This document shows positions 1 to 10,510 of a stretch of 64,000 nucleotides of DNA, piece by piece. Every line of letters begins with the position of its first letter. The first letter of the stretch is position 1. The notes below the pieces were generated by a model that saw nothing but the letters and a program-made list of their open reading frames with translations, was not told the origin of the DNA and searched no databases. Origin of the DNA: Thermoanaerobaculia bacterium (GTDB taxonomy: Bacteria; Acidobacteriota; Thermoanaerobaculia; Multivoradales; Multivoraceae); contig OY761158.1 in assembly GCA_963664405.1 (NCBI GenBank), positions 3,008,001 to 3,072,000 on the forward strand, in the 5' to 3' direction. The translations under genes and the position numbers were made by a program.

Positions 1-1789
1 GGATGAGCTCGTAGACCTCGTTGCCGTCCATGACCTCGCTCTCGAGCAGCTCGTGGGCGAGGCGGTCGAGCACTGCCTGATTCTTGGTAAGAATGCTCCT
101 TGCCAAGGCGTGACCCACTTCGACGATGTTCTGGACCTCTTCGTCGATGCGGGTCGCCGTTTCGTCGCTGTACTCGGAGCGCGCTGCGAAATCACGGCCG
201 AGAAAGACCGGCTCATCGGCGCCTCCGTAGGAGAGAGGTCCAAGCTTCGACATGCCCCACTCACAGACCATCTGCCTGGCAAGGTCGGTGGCGCGGTCGA
301 TGTCGTTGCCGGCTCCGGTCGTGATGTCGTCCTGTGACAACTCCTCGGCGACGCGCCCTCCCATCAGGATGGCGATCTGTGTTTCGACATACTTCTTCTT
401 GTACGTGTGAAGGTCGTCGACCGGAAGCTGCATGGTGAGGCCGAGGGCACGCCCTCTGGGGATGATCGTGACCTTGTGCAGAGGATCGGCTTCCTCCGCG
501 AACGCCGCCACCAGGGCGTGGCCGGCCTCGTGATAGGCAGTCACTTTCTTCTCCTCTTCGGAGAGCACCATACTCTTGCGCTCGACGCCCATGAGCACTT
601 TGTCCTTGGCGTACTCGAAGTCGTCCATCTCGACTGACTTCTTGCCGCGGCGAGCAGCGATGAGCGCAGCTTCGTTGACCAGGTTGGCGAGATCGGCACC
701 CGCGAAGCCCGGTGTTCCCCTGGCCAGGGTCTCGAGATCCACGTCGTCCGAGAGCGGGATGTTGCGGGTGTGCACCTTAAAGATCCCCAGTCTGCCGAGC
801 ACATCCGGACGGTCCACTACAACTCGGCGGTCGAAACGACCCGGACGCAATAGCGCAGGGTCGAGGACGTCGGGCCTGTTGGTGGCGGCGATGAGAATTA
901 CTCCCTCGTTGGTTTCGAAGCCGTCCATTTCGACCAGCAGCTGGTTGAGTGTCTGTTCTCGCTCGTCGTGACCGCCGCCGAGGCCGGCACCGCGGTGGCG
1001 GCCGACTGCGTCGATCTCGTCGATGAAGATGATGCAAGGAGCGTTCTTTTTTCCCTGCTCGAAGAGGTCACGCACACGACTGGCGCCAACACCTACGAAC
1101 ATCTCCACGAAGTCTGAGCCCGAGATCGAAAAGAAGGGGACGCTGGCCTCCCCCGAAATCGCGCGAGCGAGCAGCGTCTTGCCGGTTCCCGGAGGCCCCA
1201 TCAGCAGGACGCCCTTGGGGATCTTGCCTCCCAGCTTCTGGTACTTCTGGGGATCCTTGAGGAAGTCGACGATCTCCAGCAGCTCTTCCTTGGCCTCTTC
1301 GACTCCCGCGACATCCTGGAAGGTGACCTTTTTTCCGCTGGAGCTCAGAAGCTTGGCCTTGCTCTTGCCAAAGGAGAGGGCGCGATTGCCGCCGTTCTGC
1401 ATTTGACGCATGAAGAAGATCCACAGCCCGACGAGAACGAGGATCGGCGCCCAGCCGATGAGCATGGTGACCAGGGTGCTCTCTCGCGGCTCCTCGAAAG
1501 TTATGAGAACGTCTGTTTCCTCCAACTTTTCGATCAAGCCATCGGTCACCCTCACCTGGGTGAGGAACTCTGCGCCGTCGGGAAAGCGGCTGGAGGGCTT
1601 GAGGTTGCCTGAAAGCTGCGGCCCCCTGACCGTGACTCGGTCGACGTTCTCGTTGCCAAGCTCCTCGAGGAACTCGCTGTAAGTGAGCTCCTGAATGTTG
1701 GCCTTGCCGCCGTTGAAGGTGTTCCACATCAGGATCACCACCACGAAGATGATGGCCCAGAGTACGAGGGTCTTGATTGTGGAGTTCAA
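1..1789 (-). CDS. ftsH: ATP-dependent zinc metalloprotease FtsH (3' end runs off the window)
   Basis: Manual translation from TTG at 1789 ([15 protein letters not shown]...). Contains Walker [38 protein letters not shown] and the HEAGH zinc motif. Missed by the ORF track because there is no stop in the window. Confidence 0.97.
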   Translation of the reverse strand, partial: MNSTIKTLVLWAIIFVVVILMWNTFNGGKANIQELTYSEFLEELGNENVDRVTVRGPQLSGNLKPSSRFPDGAEFLTQVRVTDGLIEKLEETDVLITFEEPRESTLVTMLIGWAPILVLVGLWIFFMRQMQNGGNRALSFGKSKAKLLSSSGKKVTFQDVAGVEEAKEELLEIVDFLKDPQKYQKLGGKIPKGVLLMGPPGTGKTLLARAISGEASVPFFSISGSDFVEMFVGVGASRVRDLFEQGKKNAPCIIFIDEIDAVGRHRGAGLGGGHDEREQTLNQLLVEMDGFETNEGVILIAATNRPDVLDPALLRPGRFDRRVVVDRPDVLGRLGIFKVHTRNIPLSDDVDLETLARGTPGFAGADLANLVNEAALIAARRGKKSVEMDDFEYAKDKVLMGVERKSMVLSEEEKKVTAYHEAGHALVAAFAEEADPLHKVTIIPRGRALGLTMQLPVDDLHTYKKKYVETQIAILMGGRVAEELSQDDITTGAGNDIDRATDLARQMVCEWGMSKLGPLSYGGADEPVFLGRDFAARSEYSDETATRIDEEVQNIVEVGHALARSILTKNQAVLDRLAHELLESEVMDGNEVYELI

Positions 1790-1795
1790 GGTCTC

Positions 1796-3166
1796 TTACC
1801 TCAGCGCTTCAGGGTCCACGATTTCGGCTACCCAGACCTCACGCTCGGAGGCGATTCGGTAGCGTTCGTTGATCGTGACGCCAGGAACCCAAGCGATCTC
1901 ATCGCCGCAACAAAGGAGTGGCAAGCGGCTGCGATGGGGTCTGGGTACCTGACGGTTGATGAGCAAGTCTTTGAGTCGGCAGCTCCTGTTCCAGCCGAAT
2001 GGGCGTAGTCGATCTCCGGGGCGCCGGTTGCGGATAGTAACTCGTTCCCCCGTCCCGAGTGGCAGGGCCAAGGCGGCTCTTCGGGGCGAGGTGCTGAACA
2101 TCCAGGGGTGAACCGATGAAAGGCGCATTCGGAAGAAGAGCGAGAGCTCTTCCACCTCCAGCTCCCCGGGTAGCTTGAGAGTATACGTGAAAAGAGGCGT
2201 TTCGGGGGTCGTCCGGCACAGGATGACTTGCTTCTGTCGACCCTCCCATCGCCACGACTCTCCGCAATCGCAGCCGATGCCGCGGTCATTTGCCAGTTGT
2301 CGAGCCAACTCCGAGACCGCTGCTTTACTCGGTGGATAGGGGATCTCGGCGCGTCTGTGCAGATAGGAGAGTGCGTGCCCAAGGAGGCCAGGCGGCAGTT
2401 GGAGCAGACTCTTTTTCTCCACCGACAGACCTTCGTTCCGTTGTTTCGGCTCGAGCACCATCTCGAAGGTGCGGTCGGTGGCGTGGCGGGCGCCGGTGGC
2501 TCGGATCGCGACTCTGCCGAGGCTGCGCTGAAGGGCGTCGGCATGTCCTGAAGGACCGAGCACCCGGTGCCGGATCCGGTTGCGGGGCCGGCGCAGATCC
2601 GCATTGGTGGGGTCCTCGGTCCACTTCAGACCGTTGGTGCGAAGAGCCTGTCGCAGCGCCGCTCTCGATTCGTCCAATAAGGGTCGAATGACGGCCCCTC
2701 TACGTCGCTGGATGCCGCCGAGTCCGAAGGGGCCTGAGCCGAAGCGCATCCGTAAGAGAACGGTCTCGGCCTGGTCGTCGCGATGGTGGGCGGTCGCGAT
2801 CCACTGGAACCCGAGCCTTTCTCGTAACTCTTCGAGGAAACGATAGCGGCCCTCTCTCGCTTCGGCCTCGAGGCCCAGCCCGCCGGCGGTGAGCATCGGA
2901 GTCGTCCGTCTCGAGTGATGGAAGGGAACAGCCAACTCCTCGGCCTGCGCCGCCGCTTGGGCCGCCCGCGTCGCCGACCCCTCGTCGAGGGCATGGTCGA
3001 GGTGTGCTGCAACCAGCCTCGACTCCATCTTGGACTGCAGCCGCTTCAGACCCCAGAGCAGGGCCGTGGAATCGGCGCCACCGGAGTAGGCGACGATGAT
3101 GCCGTCGCCCGGCTGCGTCTCTACCTCGTTGGTGAGGAAGTTCTCGAGGGAATCGAGGAATCTCAT
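1796..3166 (-). CDS. tilS: tRNA(Ile)-lysidine synthetase
   Basis: PP-loop AYSGGADS, AREGRY, TAHHRDDQAETVL, EDPTN..RNRIR and a C-terminal TilS_C-like domain; lies upstream of ftsH. Confidence 0.96.
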   Translation of the reverse strand: MRFLDSLENFLTNEVETQPGDGIIVAYSGGADSTALLWGLKRLQSKMESRLVAAHLDHALDEGSATRAAQAAAQAEELAVPFHHSRRTTPMLTAGGLGLEAEAREGRYRFLEELRERLGFQWIATAHHRDDQAETVLLRMRFGSGPFGLGGIQRRRGAVIRPLLDESRAALRQALRTNGLKWTEDPTNADLRRPRNRIRHRVLGPSGHADALQRSLGRVAIRATGARHATDRTFEMVLEPKQRNEGLSVEKKSLLQLPPGLLGHALSYLHRRAEIPYPPSKAAVSELARQLANDRGIGCDCGESWRWEGRQKQVILCRTTPETPLFTYTLKLPGELEVEELSLFFRMRLSSVHPWMFSTSPRRAALALPLGTGERVTIRNRRPGDRLRPFGWNRSCRLKDLLINRQVPRPHRSRLPLLCCGDEIAWVPGVTINERYRIASEREVWVAEIVDPEALR

Positions 3167-3242
3167 GGTGGCGGTGAAGGGATTCGAACCCCTGACACAG
3201 CGGATATGAGCCGCTAGCTCTAACCGACTGAGCTACACCGCC
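3166..3242 (-). tRNA. tRNA with CAT anticodon, most likely elongator tRNA-Met
   Basis: Reverse complement GGCGGTGTAGCTCAGTCGGTTAGAGCTAGCGGCTCATATCCGCTGTGTCAGGGGTTCGAATCCCTTCACCGCCACCA folds as a cloverleaf with encoded CCA. G1-C72 is paired, so it is not the initiator. The GGCGGTG acceptor and non-A38 favour Met over Ile2. Confidence 0.93.
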
Positions 3243-3325
3243 TAATGTGGTGAAGGCAAAACGCGCATCCCGCCTTTCGACGGCCGACTGAGCCGCTCAG
3301 TATATCCAGCCTGAGGAACGGATGG

Positions 3326-4864
3326 CTATCCTTTACCTACCATCGCGGCCTCTTCCAGCTCCTCTTTGACGCCCGCCAGGCTTTCACGTCCCTGGCTATC
3401 GCCAAGGCTGACGGCGACGGCCACCAGCCCCGACAGAACGAAGCTCGGGCCCAGCTCGGCGAGACCGACGAACAGGGTACCGACACCGGGGAGCAGAGGT
3501 GCGGCGAACTTGAAGAGGGGCACGCCGAGAAAACCGGTGATCATTCCGGCGAGGGCTCCGCGCACGGTCAGGCCCGACCAGAAGAGCGAGAGGATCATGA
3601 TCGGACAGAAAGTCGCCGCGATACCGGACCATCCGAAGATGACGAACCAGAAGATGGTTCGATCCGGTGTGGTGACCGCGACAGTCAGGGCGAGGGCCAG
3701 TGCGAGACTGGCGAAAAGCAGAGTGGCCCGGCGGCTGGTGGCCACTAGAGTGGTATCGGCGAGATCCGGCCGGCGGACTCGCTGATAATAGTCGCGGACC
3801 GCGGCGCTGGCGGCGAGGATCAGCAAGGAGTCGACGGTCGACATGATCGCCGACAGCACAACGGCAATGTAGAGCCCGACCAGAAAGGCGGGCAAGATCG
3901 ACTCCGCCAGTAGAGGGAGCACATCTTGGCCGCTGGGCCCGAGGACCTCTGCGAGCGAATCGCTGGGACCCGTCATCAGGGCGCGACCGATCAACCCGAT
4001 GCAGACCGCTCCGGAGTCGGCCAGGATCGTCCACACTACCGCGACCACCGAGCCCTTTGGAATGTCGTCGGCAGAACGCAAGGCGATGAAGCGAACGAAC
4101 ACCTGCGGCGAGCCGAGAAAGCCGAGTCCGATGAGGGCGAGGCCGAGCGTATTTGCGACCGCGACGGGGGTCCAGGAGGCGGCCCCGGACCACGATAGGA
4201 GGTGAGGGTCGATCTCGCTCAGACGAGAGGCAACCTCGCCCGGGCCCATCGACCCGAGCGCGATCAGGGGCAGGAAGACGAGACCGGCGACCATCAGCGC
4301 GCCTTGAAAGACGTCCGACCAGGCCACCGCAACGAAGCCTCCGGCGGTTATGTAGACCAGAACAACTCCAAAGCCGACCAGGGCTCCGGCATAGTAGTTC
4401 CAGCCGAGAAAGCTCTCGAAGGCGGTGCCGGTGGCATCGATCTGGGCGCTGACGTAGATCGTGACGAAGACGACGAGGCATCCCGCCGACACCAGTCTCA
4501 ATCGATGTGAGGAATCGCGGAATCGACTCTCCAGGTAGTCCGGCACCGTAATCGAGTCGTATCGATCAGTGAGGAGCTTGAAGCGGCGGCACATCAAGAG
4601 CCACGCGCCTCCTACTCCGAGCACCTCGCCGAGCACGACCCAAAAGGCCTGGATGCCGACCGCCGCTCCCATCCCGGTGAGACCGAGGAGCAGCCAGGCC
4701 GACTCGCCGGTTGCCCGCGCTGAGAAAGATGCGGCCCAGTAGCTGAGCCGCTTGCCGGCGGCAAAATAGTCTCGGACGTCCCTCATCCGCCTCGAGGCCA
4801 CGACCCCGATGGCGATGAGAACGGAGAAGTAGAGAAGTACTGCTGAGAGGCGAGTCAGGTCCAT
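3326..4864 (-). CDS. Sodium/solute symporter (PutP-like, SSS family)
   Basis: About 13 TM helices with DYFAAGK, SARATGESAWLLLGL, AVAWSDVFQG and SAIMSTVDS motifs. Confidence 0.9.
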   Translation of the reverse strand: MDLTRLSAVLLYFSVLIAIGVVASRRMRDVRDYFAAGKRLSYWAASFSARATGESAWLLLGLTGMGAAVGIQAFWVVLGEVLGVGGAWLLMCRRFKLLTDRYDSITVPDYLESRFRDSSHRLRLVSAGCLVVFVTIYVSAQIDATGTAFESFLGWNYYAGALVGFGVVLVYITAGGFVAVAWSDVFQGALMVAGLVFLPLIALGSMGPGEVASRLSEIDPHLLSWSGAASWTPVAVANTLGLALIGLGFLGSPQVFVRFIALRSADDIPKGSVVAVVWTILADSGAVCIGLIGRALMTGPSDSLAEVLGPSGQDVLPLLAESILPAFLVGLYIAVVLSAIMSTVDSLLILAASAAVRDYYQRVRRPDLADTTLVATSRRATLLFASLALALALTVAVTTPDRTIFWFVIFGWSGIAATFCPIMILSLFWSGLTVRGALAGMITGFLGVPLFKFAAPLLPGVGTLFVGLAELGPSFVLSGLVAVAVSLGDSQGRESLAGVKEELEEAAMVGKG

Positions 4865-4874
4865 GAGCCAGAGC

Positions 4875-5645
4875 TCAGTGGCGCTCGAGAAGGGCCACGA
4901 GCGAGTCGAGCTCTCGACGAGCGGTCTCGAGCCACTGCGACATGCCCTCGGTATCCATGGAGTGACCGGCTTCGACGGCCATTGTGAAGTTTGTTCCGGC
5001 GCTCAGACGTAGTGCCTCCATCTCGTGACGGAGGGCGCTCTGCTTCATGCGCTTGACTCTCTTCTTCGTGCTCTTCAGCAGTTTCTCGGTCTCGCGAAGA
5101 TCCGACAGCGCGGTCTGCCCCCAGCTCGTGTACTCGGCAGAGGGCCAGGCTCCCGCTTCGCCGTGGCAGCTGACGCACGCCACCTTGAGGCCGCCGCTTC
5201 CGAGGCGCTGCAGAGCGAGCGAGCCGTGACAGCTGGTGCACGTCGGAGGAGTATCTACGCCGCTCTTCAGCAACTCCCAATGAGGGCTCGAAGTGTAAGC
5301 GCTCAGGATCGCCCCATGACACGAGCCGCAAGTTCGCGCGACATTGGTGGGGTGCAGCGGGCTATCGGGGTGGTTTGGGGCGATCATGCCTCTGTGGGCG
5401 AGAAACTTTCGAAAGGTAGTGGCGTTACCGCCGTGGCAGCTTTCACATCCCACCTCTCTTCGACCGTGAATGGAGCTCTGCCAGTCGACGACGTGGGAAT
5501 GCGAAGGCAGATCCGGGTTGGCGATGTGGCAGTCCGCGCAATGGCTGTCCTCCTCCGCCGGCGCGCGTCCGGGAATGAGAATCAGCAGCGCAACGATCAG
5601 TTGCGCCGCCCGAATAGCTGCCCTTTTCATCGTGACCTCACTCAA
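4875..5645 (-). CDS. Secreted pentaheme c-type cytochrome
   Basis: Signal peptide and five CxxCH motifs (CADCH, CESCH, CGSCH, CTSCH, CVSCH), followed by a helical tail containing 'GHS'. Confidence 0.88.
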   Translation of the reverse strand: MSEVTMKRAAIRAAQLIVALLILIPGRAPAEEDSHCADCHIANPDLPSHSHVVDWQSSIHGRREVGCESCHGGNATTFRKFLAHRGMIAPNHPDSPLHPTNVARTCGSCHGAILSAYTSSPHWELLKSGVDTPPTCTSCHGSLALQRLGSGGLKVACVSCHGEAGAWPSAEYTSWGQTALSDLRETEKLLKSTKKRVKRMKQSALRHEMEALRLSAGTNFTMAVEAGHSMDTEGMSQWLETARRELDSLVALLERH

Positions 5646-5713
5646 CTATATCGTCTCGGGAGTTCCCACGATCCTCTCGTTGTACACTTCTGGCCTTTAA
5701 AGAGGAGGAGCGC

Positions 5714-6517
5714 ATGACCGAGCTTGGCGAATACAAGGATCTGGCCGTCGAGATTAGTGACTATGTCGCCAGTGTCGAGATCCAGAGACCACCTCACAAC
5801 TTCTTCGATGTCGAGCTGGTACGGAGTCTCGGCGATCTGTTTCACGCTCTCGATCGTGAGCCTGCCTGTCGCGTAATCGTTCTGAGCTCCCAGGGCAAGA
5901 ATTTCTGTGCTGGCGCCAATCTCGAGACCAAGGGCCTCGAGTCGACGACCTCCGGCGGCGCGATTCGTGGACTCGAAGGCTCGGGAGACCTCTATCAAGT
6001 GGGTGCGAGACTCTTCGAGGCCGAGACTCCGGTAGTGGCCACGATCCAGGGTGCGGCCGTTGGCGGCGGGCTGGGCTTCGCGCTGGTGGCCGACTTCCGG
6101 GTCGCCTGCCCGGAGGCCCGCTTCACGGCTAACTTCGCTCGCCTAGGTTTCCATCATGGCTTCGGGATCACCGTCACACTCCCTCGACTGGTCGGGGCGC
6201 AGAGGGCGTCGGAGCTTCTCTTTACCGGTCGACGGGTCAAGGGAGAAGAGGCGCTCGAGATCGGGCTTTGCGACTATCTGGTTCCCGCCGATCAGCTTCG
6301 GGACAAGGCCCTGGAAGTTGCTGGCGAGATCGCACATTCCGCTCCTCTGGCGGTTCGCTCGATTCGGCGCACCATGCGACGCGGCCTTGTCGATCGTATT
6401 CGCATTGCCACCGATCGTGAGCTCGTGGAACAAGACTGGCTGCGCGAGAGCGAAGACTTTGCCGAAGGGGTCAAAGCGATGGGGGAGAGACGTCTGCCGG
6501 ATTTCAAGGGGCGCTAG
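5714..6517 (+). CDS. Enoyl-CoA hydratase/isomerase (crotonase) family protein
   Basis: FCAGANL, PVVATIQGAAVGGG and C-terminal EGVKAMGERRLPDFKGR. Confidence 0.93.
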   Translation: MTELGEYKDLAVEISDYVASVEIQRPPHNFFDVELVRSLGDLFHALDREPACRVIVLSSQGKNFCAGANLETKGLESTTSGGAIRGLEGSGDLYQVGARLFEAETPVVATIQGAAVGGGLGFALVADFRVACPEARFTANFARLGFHHGFGITVTLPRLVGAQRASELLFTGRRVKGEEALEIGLCDYLVPADQLRDKALEVAGEIAHSAPLAVRSIRRTMRRGLVDRIRIATDRELVEQDWLRESEDFAEGVKAMGERRLPDFKGR

Positions 6518-6590
6518 CCTAGCCAGGTCGGCTGCCGGGGTCTGGGGTTACCAGAACCGTGGGGGCCCTAGTAGAGTGAGCTGATCTGGG

Positions 6591-8966
6591 ATGACGACAG
6601 CTCTGAAATGGATCGTTCTGGTCGAGGCGGTCGGGCTGCTGGCTTTCTTGTCCACTTGGAAGCTGTTGCGTTGGCTGCCGGACCGGGGTTACTGCGCCAG
6701 TAAGATCCTGGGTAGCCTGCTCCTCGGAACGCTGCTCTGGCTCGGAGCTTCGTGGAGTCTCCTTGGCAACGGCTTGGGTGGGGCGGCATTGGCTCTACTT
6801 GCCTTGGCGCTCTGCGCTGCCATAGGCGCAAAGAAGGCGATCGCGGACGGCATTTTGCGGAGTTGGCTTCGCGACAGCAAGGGGCTCGTGGTGGCGGTTG
6901 AGGTGGTCTTCCTCCTCGCGTTTGCTGGCTGGTGTCTGGTCCGCTCCTACGACCCAGCGGCGGACCACACCGAGCAGCCCATGGACCTCATGTTCCTGAC
7001 CGCGGTTTCGTCGGCCGAGACGGTTCCGCCCGAGGATCCGTGGCTCTCGGGTCATCCGATCAGCTACTACTACCTTGGCTATTGGCTGATCGCGACTCTC
7101 GGCCACATTACGGGGGTTGTCCCCGAGCTTGCCTACAATCTCGGCCAGGCGACCTGGTTCGGCTTTCTTTTTGCCGCCTGCTTTGGTTTCGGCTACAACC
7201 TCTTCATGTTGCGCAGCGGACGGCGCGAGGCGATGAACCAAGGTGTCGCGGCTGGGGTTCTCAGTGGGGTAGTGGTTGGGATCACCGCCAATCTGGCTCT
7301 ACCCATCGACCTCATTTCTCGTCGCCTAGCCGAGGGGAGCTCACCTCTGCTGGCCGAGAATTGGTGGTGGTGGCGGAGCAGCCGAGTGGTTCACGACACC
7401 GACTTCACGGGTGGTTCGGTCGAGGTTATTACCGAGTTTCCTTTCTTCAGCTATCTGCTCGGCGACAATCATCCTCACCTTCTCTCCATGCCTGTCCTGG
7501 TGTTGGTTGCGACCTTGGCCCTCAACGTCTTTCTCGCCGCGGCGAGGGGAGAGGCCGGCGCCCTCTTGCCTGGCCGAGCGACTCCCTGGCGGCGGCTTTC
7601 GGCGATTTGCGGCGGTACTCCAGGGCTGGTACTCGTGGTTGCCGTAGGAGGCTCGCTGGCGGCGATCAATACTTGGGACGTGCCGACGGGGGTTGCGCTT
7701 CTGGTAGCTGGAGCCTTGGCCGGACTCCTACTTGCCGGCGGCCGCGGCACCCGGTTGGGGTCGGTGCTCCTGACGGTGGCCTTCGCCTCAGTGGTGCTGA
7801 TCGGCGGTGGGTTTCTGTTCCTCCCGTATCATTTGAGCGCCAGCTCTCAGGTCCAGGGGCTGGTGCCGAATCTCTTTCATCCGACTGACATCAGAGAGCT
7901 GACCATCATGTTCGGCACCCTCTTCCCCGGTGTCGTTCTATTGCTGGGCTCGGCTTGGTCCTCCGAGACCAGGGCGCGGCGTGCATTGCTCTGCTGGGCA
8001 GGGATCGTGGTGAGCGGGATCGTCTGGCTGGGGGCCGCAGGCTGGGTCGTGCGGGGCGGTGGCGGTGGCTGGCTCTCCCATCCCGATCTACCGCAACAGA
8101 GCTTGGGGACAGCGCTCGAGCGCTGGAGCGGCGGCTGGGGGTCCTTTCTGGTGGTCTCGATGCTGCTGGCGATAGCTCTGGAGGTTCTCTGGTCCCACTT
8201 GGTGTCCGAAAGTAATGATGCAGAGCGGCCCACTACGACTTTCACCGTGCTTCTTGCGGTACTCGGCCTCGGCCTCGTCCTGGCGCCGGAGTTGCTCTAC
8301 CTCTACGACAGTTTCGGCACTCGGATGAACACTGTTTTCAAGTTCTACTATCAGGCCTGGCTGCTTCTCGGCTGTGTGGCGGTCCAGGGCATCTTGGTAG
8401 CTTGGAGTCGGCGGGGTAAGGCTCGAGGCGGCGCACTCCTTGCCTTGTGTGCGCTCCTCCCCGGATTGGTGTACCCGCTGCCCGCTCTGTGGTCGAAGAC
8501 AGCCGGCTTTAGTGCCGCGCGGCCGACTTTGAATGCGCTCTCCTACCTCGAGGTCTATCGGCCCGAAGAGTGGGAGGCTCTGCGCTGGGTAAAGACGAAC
8601 ACTCGCCCCGATAGTGTCGTCGTGCAACGGTCCGGCGGCAGCTATCGGCCGGAGCACAACCTCGTCAGTATCGCCACCGGTAGGCCCACCCTGCTGGGCT
8701 GGACCGGCCATGAGCTGCAGTGGCGAGGAAGCGCTTATGGCGAGCTAGCGGGGGGCCGCGAGCAGGCCCTTCGCGATATCTACAACCCGGTGTCGTCGGA
8801 GGCCCTTGCCGAGGTCGTTCGTAGCTGGGGCGTCGACTTCGTCTACCTCGGCCCAGAAGAACGTTCGATGTATGAAGTGTCGCCGGCCCACGAAGACCTC
8901 CTCTACCGGGGGATGGAGCTCTCTTTCGACAACGGTACGGTACGGATCTTTCGTCGTAGAGGATGA
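6591..8966 (+). CDS. DUF2298 / Chlor_Arch_YYY polytopic membrane protein (putative GT-C glycosyltransferase)
   Basis: TEQPMD, PPEDPWLSG..ISYYYLGY, ITEFPFFSYLLGDNHPH, NTWD, RMNTVFKFYYQAW and GWTGHELQWRG. Confidence 0.85.
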   Translation: MTTALKWIVLVEAVGLLAFLSTWKLLRWLPDRGYCASKILGSLLLGTLLWLGASWSLLGNGLGGAALALLALALCAAIGAKKAIADGILRSWLRDSKGLVVAVEVVFLLAFAGWCLVRSYDPAADHTEQPMDLMFLTAVSSAETVPPEDPWLSGHPISYYYLGYWLIATLGHITGVVPELAYNLGQATWFGFLFAACFGFGYNLFMLRSGRREAMNQGVAAGVLSGVVVGITANLALPIDLISRRLAEGSSPLLAENWWWWRSSRVVHDTDFTGGSVEVITEFPFFSYLLGDNHPHLLSMPVLVLVATLALNVFLAAARGEAGALLPGRATPWRRLSAICGGTPGLVLVVAVGGSLAAINTWDVPTGVALLVAGALAGLLLAGGRGTRLGSVLLTVAFASVVLIGGGFLFLPYHLSASSQVQGLVPNLFHPTDIRELTIMFGTLFPGVVLLLGSAWSSETRARRALLCWAGIVVSGIVWLGAAGWVVRGGGGGWLSHPDLPQQSLGTALERWSGGWGSFLVVSMLLAIALEVLWSHLVSESNDAERPTTTFTVLLAVLGLGLVLAPELLYLYDSFGTRMNTVFKFYYQAWLLLGCVAVQGILVAWSRRGKARGGALLALCALLPGLVYPLPALWSKTAGFSAARPTLNALSYLEVYRPEEWEALRWVKTNTRPDSVVVQRSGGSYRPEHNLVSIATGRPTLLGWTGHELQWRGSAYGELAGGREQALRDIYNPVSSEALAEVVRSWGVDFVYLGPEERSMYEVSPAHEDLLYRGMELSFDNGTVRIFRRRG

Positions 8967-10510
8967 CTCCATCGATGGTAGGACCTTCACGCAGTCTGAA
9001 AGAGCCGATAGAAGGCGACTTCATCGCGGTCGCCTGCATGGTCTCCGCCGTGCTCCTCGCCCTGGCCCTCAGGATCCCCGGTCTCGGCGCCGAGCCGCTG
9101 GCCTATCGCGAGGCGCTCGGCGCGTTGGCGGCTCGCGAGATTGCCGGGGAGGGCGTCGGGCCTTCTCTGGCGGGGGGTCTCGCCGACAGCGCGCTGCTGA
9201 CAACTCTGCAGCAACTCACCTTTTTCCTTTTCGGTGCGAGTAGCGACCTGTTGGCTCGCATGGTGACCGCGCTCGTCGGTAGTGGGCTCGTGCTCGTGCC
9301 GTGGCTGCTCCGCTCTCGAATCGGGACGCCGACGACGGTTGCTCTGTCCTTCCTTTTGGCCACCGATCCGTGGCTTGTCTACTTCTCGCGTCAGGCGGAG
9401 GGCTCGGTGCTGGCGGCGGCCGCGGCGATCGTTTGCTTTGCCCTGGGTGCTCGCTGGGCCTCCGGGCCCCTGGCCGCTCCTGATGCGCCAAGATCCGTGG
9501 TTACCGGGCTTGCTATCGGAGTGCTGTTGGTGAGCGGGAGAAGCGGCTGGGATTTTCTGCCTCCTGTGCTTGCCGGGTTTGCTCTTTTGCACCCGGCATC
9601 GGCCTCGCGGGCGGGAGGCGGCCTGTCGTGGCGCCGGATCGGAGGCGCAGCGGCGGCACTGGCCTTGGTCGCGGCGACGAGCGGCCTCACCCAATGGCGG
9701 GGTCCGTCGCAAGTCTCTGCGAGCCTCGGAGACTGGTTGCGTCAATGGAGTGCCGGGCTCGAGAGCGTGCCGCTTGGTGAGCTCGGCCTCCTCTTCGGTC
9801 GTTACCAGCTCGTGGCTCTTGGGGTCGGAGTGCTCGGAATCCTCGCCATGGCCCGGGCCGCGCGAGCCTCGAGCCCGAGCGCCCGAGTGTCCGCGTGGTC
9901 GCGTGACCAGTTGGTGATCTGGGTGCTCTGGGGGACGGCGCTGGTACTGCGCCCAGGGCGAAGCCTGGCGGGGCTTCTCGCGCTGCAGATTCCGCTCCTG
10001 ATCCTGGCGGCCCATGGCGTCGGGTGGCTCTTCGAGGCTCATCGGCGGCTTCCGCGCGGGGTCGGTGGGCTTGCGAGGGTGGCTCCTGTGCTCTTGGTCG
10101 CAGTTTCGCTGTACGGATCGCTGCGATTGCAGCGCTCGGTGTGGAGTGATCCGCCTACGGCGCTGCGTGGGGGCCGTACTCTCGAGGATGTTCGTCGGAT
10201 GGCGTCCGACGTCTCGGTGCTCCTTGGCCTGCCGCGAGAGTCACGCCCCATCTTTCAGGCCGCAGCTCCACTTCAGGCCGATCCGGTGCTGGCCTGGTAT
10301 CTGCGTGACCTCGAAGAGGTGCAGTGGGTGGCGCTGCCATCGCTGACACCGCCAACGAGCGCGGGTCTCTTAGTGGCGACCATCGAGGCCTCGAACCTCG
10401 GCGCCGAGCCCCCCAGTTTGGGCTCGGAACAGTATCCGCTTCGCTACCGCCAAAGTGAGCTCGAGGTAGTGCGCCTTCGCCGCGTCTCTGTTGGGTACTC
10501 AGACCCCTGA
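8963..10510 (+). CDS. Polytopic membrane protein, divergent PMT/TIGR03663-like GT-C family
   Basis: ATGA-coupled to the upstream gene. 'SDLLARMVTALVG..LVPWLLR..DPWLVYFSR' resembles the N-terminus of the next gene. Confidence 0.6.
   Translation: MTPSMVGPSRSLKEPIEGDFIAVACMVSAVLLALALRIPGLGAEPLAYREALGALAAREIAGEGVGPSLAGGLADSALLTTLQQLTFFLFGASSDLLARMVTALVGSGLVLVPWLLRSRIGTPTTVALSFLLATDPWLVYFSRQAEGSVLAAAAAIVCFALGARWASGPLAAPDAPRSVVTGLAIGVLLVSGRSGWDFLPPVLAGFALLHPASASRAGGGLSWRRIGGAAAALALVAATSGLTQWRGPSQVSASLGDWLRQWSAGLESVPLGELGLLFGRYQLVALGVGVLGILAMARAARASSPSARVSAWSRDQLVIWVLWGTALVLRPGRSLAGLLALQIPLLILAAHGVGWLFEAHRRLPRGVGGLARVAPVLLVAVSLYGSLRLQRSVWSDPPTALRGGRTLEDVRRMASDVSVLLGLPRESRPIFQAAAPLQADPVLAWYLRDLEEVQWVALPSLTPPTSAGLLVATIEASNLGAEPPSLGSEQYPLRYRQSELEVVRLRRVSVGYSDP

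Noticed and set aside
53-1727. Many ORF-track entries in the first 1.7 kb
   Set aside because: They are shadow frames of ftsH.
3166-3242. tRNA as the integration site of an island
   Set aside because: No duplicated tRNA 3' end was noticed, and the tRNA runs directly into tilS.
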